From assembly GCF_009914755.1 (NCBI RefSeq), contig NC_060944.1: a DNA stretch of 64,000 bases; one strand, 5' to 3'. Below, one piece after another: positions 57,586 through 64,000 of the stretch. The stretch comes from the human T2T-CHM13v2.0 reference genome, Homo sapiens. The stretch's first letter is position 1, and the number at the start of each line of letters is the position of its first letter. The notes below the pieces were generated by a model. That model saw nothing but the letters and a program-made list of their open reading frames with translations, was not told the origin of the DNA and ran no database searches. The translations under genes were made by a program, and so were the position numbers.

Positions 57586-58135
57586 CTACAAAAAATACAC
57601 AACATTAGCCAGGTGTGGTGGCGTCTGCCTGTAGTCCCAGGTATTCTGGAGGCTGAGGTGGGCGGGTCGAGTGCCACCGCACTCCAGCCTGGGCGACAGA
57701 GTGAGACCCTGTCTCAAAATATAAAAGAAAAAGACAAAAAAAGAGACAGTTTCTTTTCTCTCCCCTTATTCCTCTCTTTACTAATCATTACACACACACA
57801 TATGAACTCGTAGGGTCATCTCCTCAAAATGAGAATATGTGCGTTCAAATTTTAATTAATTTTGGCAGAATCATTTTCAAAATGGCTGTAACAGTTCACA
57901 TTCCCACTTAGCTAAGTTTGCTCACATCCTCTCCAGAGCTGGATTTTATTATGTTAAAGATTTTTCTGCCAAAGTCATGTGTACAAATGGCACCTTATTT
58001 TTTAAAATCTGGACTTGTATTCCCATAACAGCCAGTGACGTTTGGAGTGGTATCATTCGTCTGACCTATGTGGATCCCCATCTCCTAGCACAGAGCAGGT
58101 GTTGAGGGCATATGCGCTAAAGAAATGCTACTTAC

Positions 58136-58198
58136 CCGTGTGAATTTTTAAATGCCGCTCCATGTCCTTCATGCCATAAGCAGTCTTGAATTGGCAAC
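58136..58198 (-). CDS. ZFP64: ZFP64 small coding exon (G)CQFKTAYGMKDMERHLKIHT(G), second half of a C2H2 finger
   Basis: Acceptor (t)10ag|GTTGC and donor CACACGG|gtaag; 63 nt, phase 1-1, in frame with the flanking exons. Confidence 0.93.
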
Positions 58199-58204
58199 CT
58201 AAAA

Positions 58205-58985
58205 AAAAAAAGGAAAGATTAATTACAAAGGAAAACTTAGTAACTTTTAGCATGGAGAAAACTGGTAGAAACATCCTTAACCAAGTGACAAGAGTTAACA
58301 CCACGGTAATGGGAAAAAGAGATCTCATGTGCCTTCATATGTGATGACCGGGAAAAACACACCGTCATTTTGTGGTTCCTGCCAAAACTGCATAACCTGA
58401 ATCTGATCATAAGGAAACATCAAATAAACCCAAACTGAGGCCCTTTTGACAAAAATCACTGGCCTATACTTTTCAAAAATGTCAAGCTTATGAAAGATAA
58501 ATGCTTAACTGTTCTTGATTAGAGGAAATGAAAGACATAAAATCTAAATGCAATTAGTGATCACTGGTTGGAGCCTGGATCAGAGGGGAAAAATGTCATT
58601 CTTTTGATATTGGTAGAAAGGACATCGGTGGGACACTTGATGACGAAATCTGACTAAGGTCAGTAGGTTAGATAATAGTTCCTATAAATGTTAATTTTCT
58701 GATCTTGATGATTGTCCTGTGGTTATTTAAAAGAATATTCTGGTTTTTAGGAAATACACACTGAAGTATTTAGGAATAAAGGGGCATCACATTGTCAGCA
58801 ACTTTCAAATGGTTTGGGGAAAACTATACTTGTATATATATTTGTATATATACAAAGAATGACAAAGCAAATATAATAAAATGGTAACATTTGGGGAATC
58901 TAGATGAAGGGCATACAGGGATTTTTTTGGTACAATTTTTGCAACTTTTCTGTACATCTGAAATTATTTCTGAATAAATTAAAAC
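58205..58985 (+). mobile_element. Old L1M (L1MC/MD/ME) 3'UTR fragment filling most of the ZFP64 intron between the 162-nt and 63-nt exons
   Basis: cataacctgaatctgatcataaggaaacatca...ttttaggaaatacacactgaagtatttagg...ttgcaacttttctgta. Confidence 0.7.
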
Positions 58986-59304
58986 CAAAGTAAGGAAAGA
59001 AAATTCTTACTGGATATCTTCCTAAGCTATAGCATAGGAAAAAAATTTATAGCAACCTGAAATTTTCACGAGTTCCACTTCAAAGGCCTATGGCTAGAAA
59101 AGTCTTAGAACCCAGAGGCAGAATGACCACAGACAGTGGGAGATAGGTTGTATGTGCTGATGTAAATGCCAGGGGGCTCTGATTTTTATGCCAGGTAGTT
59201 TGGAACACATCCATGAGCAGTTGTCAGGAACTCATGAGGAGGAGCCCTGGAGCCTGGTTAAATATCACACCCTCTACACAAGTAGGACATAATGCTGCCT
59301 TTAC

Positions 59305-59466
59305 CTGGATAGCAACAGTTAAGCCTTTTCTGAGCAGGTGGTGTTGTGGGCTTTTTGGTGCGTGACTTGGCAGGGAGAGAGATGACAGTGGCTGTCTGGT
59401 TTTCATTACTTTCCGTGGGCAGGTAAGTTTGATAGCCATGTTCAAAAACAAATTCTGGAGCTGAAA
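59305..59466 (-). CDS. ZFP64: ZFP64 coding exon (V)SAPEFVFEHGYQTYLPTESNENQTATVISLPAKSRTKKPTTPPAQKRLNCCYP(G)
   Basis: Acceptor cttttag|TTTCAG and donor TATCCAG|gtaaag; 162 nt, phase 1-1, open in this frame; matches ZFP64 as I recall it and completes the finger CCYPG|CQF. Confidence 0.9.
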
Positions 59467-59519
59467 CTAAAAGATATGGTGATTATTAATTTTCTTAATA
59501 TAAATGCCCGCTAGCTATG

Positions 59520-59840
59520 GTGTCTGCCTACTTTCCTTTGTAGAGAGAATGCATGTACTAGTTTGCTTTCCCAGCCTCCCTTGCGGCTTCACAGTGATCA
59601 TGTGACCCAGTTCTAGCTAATGAGACACTAGAGAGCATCCGCTGGGAGACTTCTGCAAAAGACTTTCCTCCCTGATTTAAAATAGCATGGGGGGGCAGGG
59701 TGGGCAGGGCAGATGGTAAAAGAAGCAGTTGAGAAAAGCTCATCTTGCTGCCCTGGCTGCCCTACTTCCTGTCTTTGTATATGCTGGAGTGATGATGTGA
59801 TGCCTGGATCTGTGGCAGCCATTCTGTAACCATAAGGGTA
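59520..59840 (+). mobile_element. Old ERVL LTR (LTR16-like) just upstream of the 162-nt exon acceptor
   Basis: tttcccagcctcccttgc...catgtgacccagttctagctaatgag motif. Confidence 0.55.
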
Positions 59841-59920
59841 AACATGGAAATCAGATGCTGAGTCAGAGCTCTGAAGCCACCCAAATCTATACTTTTTTCT
59901 TTTTTTTTTTTCTGAGATAG

Positions 59921-60133
<213 letters not shown>

Positions 60134-60464
60134 TGATCTACCTGTCTCTGCCTCCCACATTGTTAACTACCATGCCTGCCCTAGACTTCTTAAATAAACA
60201 AGAAATGTCCCTATAATTTATGTCCCTATAATTTATGCCAGGTAAGATTTCTGTTAACTGCAGCCAAATGCATTAAGTGCTTTCATAAGCTATATGACAA
60301 AATCCTAATGAAACACCAAAAAGGAACGATAGAAGGGATTTGGGGCAAAATTAGTCTAATTAACATTCTTCTCAGCATAAGTATTTCCCCCCCTCAAAAA
60401 ATTCCTTGTACTCTTACTGAGGTTCTGAAGCAAAAAGAAAAAAAAAATAGCAAAACACAGACTA

Positions 60465-60764
<300 letters not shown>

Positions 60765-60907
60765 TCAAAAAAAATAAAAAATAAATAAAAATAAGTAAAT
60801 AATAAATAAAATTGTAAAAGATAAGATAGGCAGTCTCAAATTTTTTTGTTGTAAAAAATTAAGTGACTACTTTGTTAACTACATTTATAGTCTGGGACTT
60901 AGGCATG

Positions 60908-61045
60908 TTTCCTCCCTCCCTTCCTCCCTCCCTTCTTCTCTCCCTCCCTTCCTCCCTCCCTCCCTCTTCCCTTCCCCTCCCTCCTTCTCCTCTTCCCCTT
61001 CCCTCCCTCCCTTCTTTCCTTCCTCTCCTCCTCTTTCTTTTTCTG
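60908..61045. repeat. Pure pyrimidine (CCCT/CCTT) tract
   Basis: About 135 nt of C and T only. Confidence 0.9.
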
Positions 61046-61842
61046 GTTCTTTCTTAGAATGTACTTTGTCATATGAAGATTGGGTTTCAAATAAGAAGTA
61101 AATATGACCAATGGAGGCTTGTTCATTGGATGAACCTGTCAGGCTAAGAGGCCCTAATGATGATTTTGAGAGCCGCTGTAATATTCTGTTTCCCAAACTT
61201 CAGTCACTCAGACACCACCTTTGACATTTTTGACATTTTATTTACAGATTATTTAAGTCAACACAGGCCTAACATCACTGTTTATTTTAGCTTTGTCCAA
61301 AGCACTAATATCCATGCCACAGGCTCCAGGTGCTAGTTTGTTTTCTCTTAAACACTATATTTCTTTGAATCTAAGATGTTTTAGATTGTAAAATGTGTCA
61401 TAATTTCATATATGATTAAAATGCTGCCAATTAAACACATTATGACAACTCTTTCTTTTTTTAGGTATTTTATTTTATATTTATCGAATGGGCTTTTCCT
61501 GACTTCTTTGGACATTTGGCAGGAAACCCAAGTTCCTGATCTCCATCTCTTTGGCACCTTCAGTAGTGATCATATCACTCTGATACACCTCAAATGATAC
61601 CTTGGTGCTGTCAGCATTTGGTATTTGAGTAAAGCCACAGTTTCCATTTTTCTCAATGGAAATATGTGTAGGGAAGTCAAGGGCTTTGGTTTAAAGTCAG
61701 CTGAAAGATTCAGACAAACTGATGTTTCCTGTTATCATGCCAAGTATCTCTGATGCATGAATCAGCTGCACCTGTCTCTTGTTGAAATGTTTTCATTTGC
61801 TCTGTGGGATCTGGCTATTTCTCCTGGTTTCTCTCGCTCTGC

Positions 61843-62028
61843 TTGGTTCTCAAAGCATGGTCCCCAGACAGCAGCATTGGAGCTGCCTGGGAACTTGTTA
61901 CCAAAGCAAATTTTTTGGGCCCCATCTCAGACCTACTGAATCAGACACTCTGGGGGTGCACCCAACAATCTGTGCTCTAACAAGCCCTCCAGGTGATCCT
62001 GATACATGCTCAAGTTTAAGAACCATTA
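61843..62028. mobile_element. MER5A MITE
   Basis: ggttctcaaagcatggtcccc...cagacctactgaatcagacactctggggg...tgctcaagtttaagaacca. Confidence 0.85.
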
Positions 62029-63333
62029 GCAGAGACCATCCTTTTCCACCTATCTTGGCAGTAGAACTTAACCCAGCTCTGTCTATATGAGGAATTCCAC
62101 CTCTCTCGGTTGTTGCTTTGCAAGAACGTGCAACTGCAGTCACTCCTCCAACACTGAAGATTTGCTTCATTAATATCAGATTTACCCCGTTACGGTTTTC
62201 AGGCATTTCTGGGTAAGCAATTACTTTTCATCTTCAACTTGCTTCATCATGCAATATCTTGGAAGACATTTTAAACAGCAATTAAACTCAATACATACAG
62301 TTCCAAAATTGCACACAATGCAGCTGAGGTAAGAAAAATGTGACCCACTGAAATCAAGTTTGTTCACATGCACAGCAAGGTAATGTTTTTGGACTGCCTG
62401 CTGGTTGACAGAAATCTCACTAATTCTAAAATGCATCGTTGTTTCAGATATGTTAAAATGTGTCTTCAGACTGATATAAGTTCAGGTTTGATCATTCACT
62501 ATGGATGTGACCTCAGGCCAGTTATGTAACTTCATTGAACTTGTTTTCTCACTATAAATGGGGACAATCACCATGCCCACTTCATAAGGGTGTTGCAAAG
62601 TTTAACAAGAGAATTCAGTAGCACAGGATGTGGCCATGGTTGAATCTCAATAAATGTCAACAGGGATATATTACAGTTCAATAGAACCAGACTCTGGCAC
62701 TTGTGCATCAAACTCTCAACTGAAATGCTCATGAGCTAGGATGATCAACCATCCCTGTTTGCCTTGTAGTGGAGTTTCTCAAGAATTTTGGTGCTAAAAC
62801 CAGGGTGCTGGGCTATGGTCATACTCCATGGCCTCCCAACCTTCTGCTCTACAACTTCCTGCACAAGTGACCCCCTGTGCTGGAAGGTGTTCACAGTGGG
62901 GTGAGTATGGGTGGCCAGGTCCTCCCTACAAGTCAGCTCGCGGGCTCCTCAGCACTCTCTTGAAAGGTAGGTGGTAGGCCCTTCACCCTCCTGCCACTTT
63001 CTGCTCTCTCCAGAGATTGGCTGGGCTCCATCTCTTAACTGTCCTCTACCATAAGCCTGGGCAAGTCACAGCAGAGGGAAACACAGGAGTATTTTGGATA
63101 TCAACCCCTTCTCAGATGTATAATTTGCAAATATTTTCTCATTCCATAGGCTGTATTTTCATTTCTGCTGTTTCCTTTGATGCACACAAGTTTTAAAATT
63201 TAACGTAGTCCCAGCTGGGTGCAGTGGCTCACACCTGTAACACCAGCACTTTGGGAGCCCGAGGCAGGCGGATCACCCGAGGTCGGGAGTTTGAGACCAG
63301 CCTGACTAACATGAAGAAACCCCATATCGACTA

Positions 63334-63492
<159 letters not shown>

Positions 63493-63534
63493 TCAAAAAA
63501 AAAAAATTAATATAGTCCCATTTGTCTGTTTTCA

Positions 63535-63783
<249 letters not shown>

Positions 63784-63786
63784 TCA

Positions 63787-63927
<141 letters not shown>

Positions 63928-64000
63928 TCAGGCACCCAGGTGCAGGGATCATTTTGGGGCAGGGCTAATCCCATGTAACCTGCGAGTCATCCCAAAGTAG

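Noticed and set aside
60205-60237. 15-bp tandem duplication atgtccctataattt; similar small duplications near 19423 and 38524
   Set aside because: Ordinary slippage duplications with no sign of function.

Overview
Repeat-rich primate (almost certainly human) genomic DNA. I recognise it as the ZFP64 locus (20q13.2, from recall). On the minus strand are four coding exons of ZFP64: 59305-59466, 58136-58198, 53564-53815 and the proximal terminal exon 45587-46869. They encode ten C2H2 zinc fingers and a low-complexity C-terminus, followed by a ~0.85 kb 3'UTR with an antisense Alu and several poly(A) signals. Upstream exons lie beyond the right edge. From recall, 1-44.7 kb is a long intron of a ZFP64 isoform with distal 3' exons outside the window. 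That stretch holds a processed ERP29 pseudogene fused to an Alu, two Tigger1 DNA transposons, a Tigger3-type element, L1 fragments of several ages, MaLR LTRs and MER5/MER58 MITEs; about 55 Alus are spread across the whole window. No RNA genes, CRISPR arrays or prokaryotic systems are present, and I found no new protein-coding gene. The most interesting signals are structural: (1) two Tigger1 copies 19 kb apart that share non-consensus variants; (2) an inverted-duplication-plus-deletion that split one Alu; (3) an inverted duplication of a MER5 trimer across 2.7 kb; (4) an Alu-ERP29 retro-chimera with a possible Pol III read-through unit; (5) a near-perfect 27-bp hairpin; (6) the modular phase-1 splicing of ZFP64, including tandem acceptors. 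Repeat boundaries and subfamilies were read by eye and are approximate.
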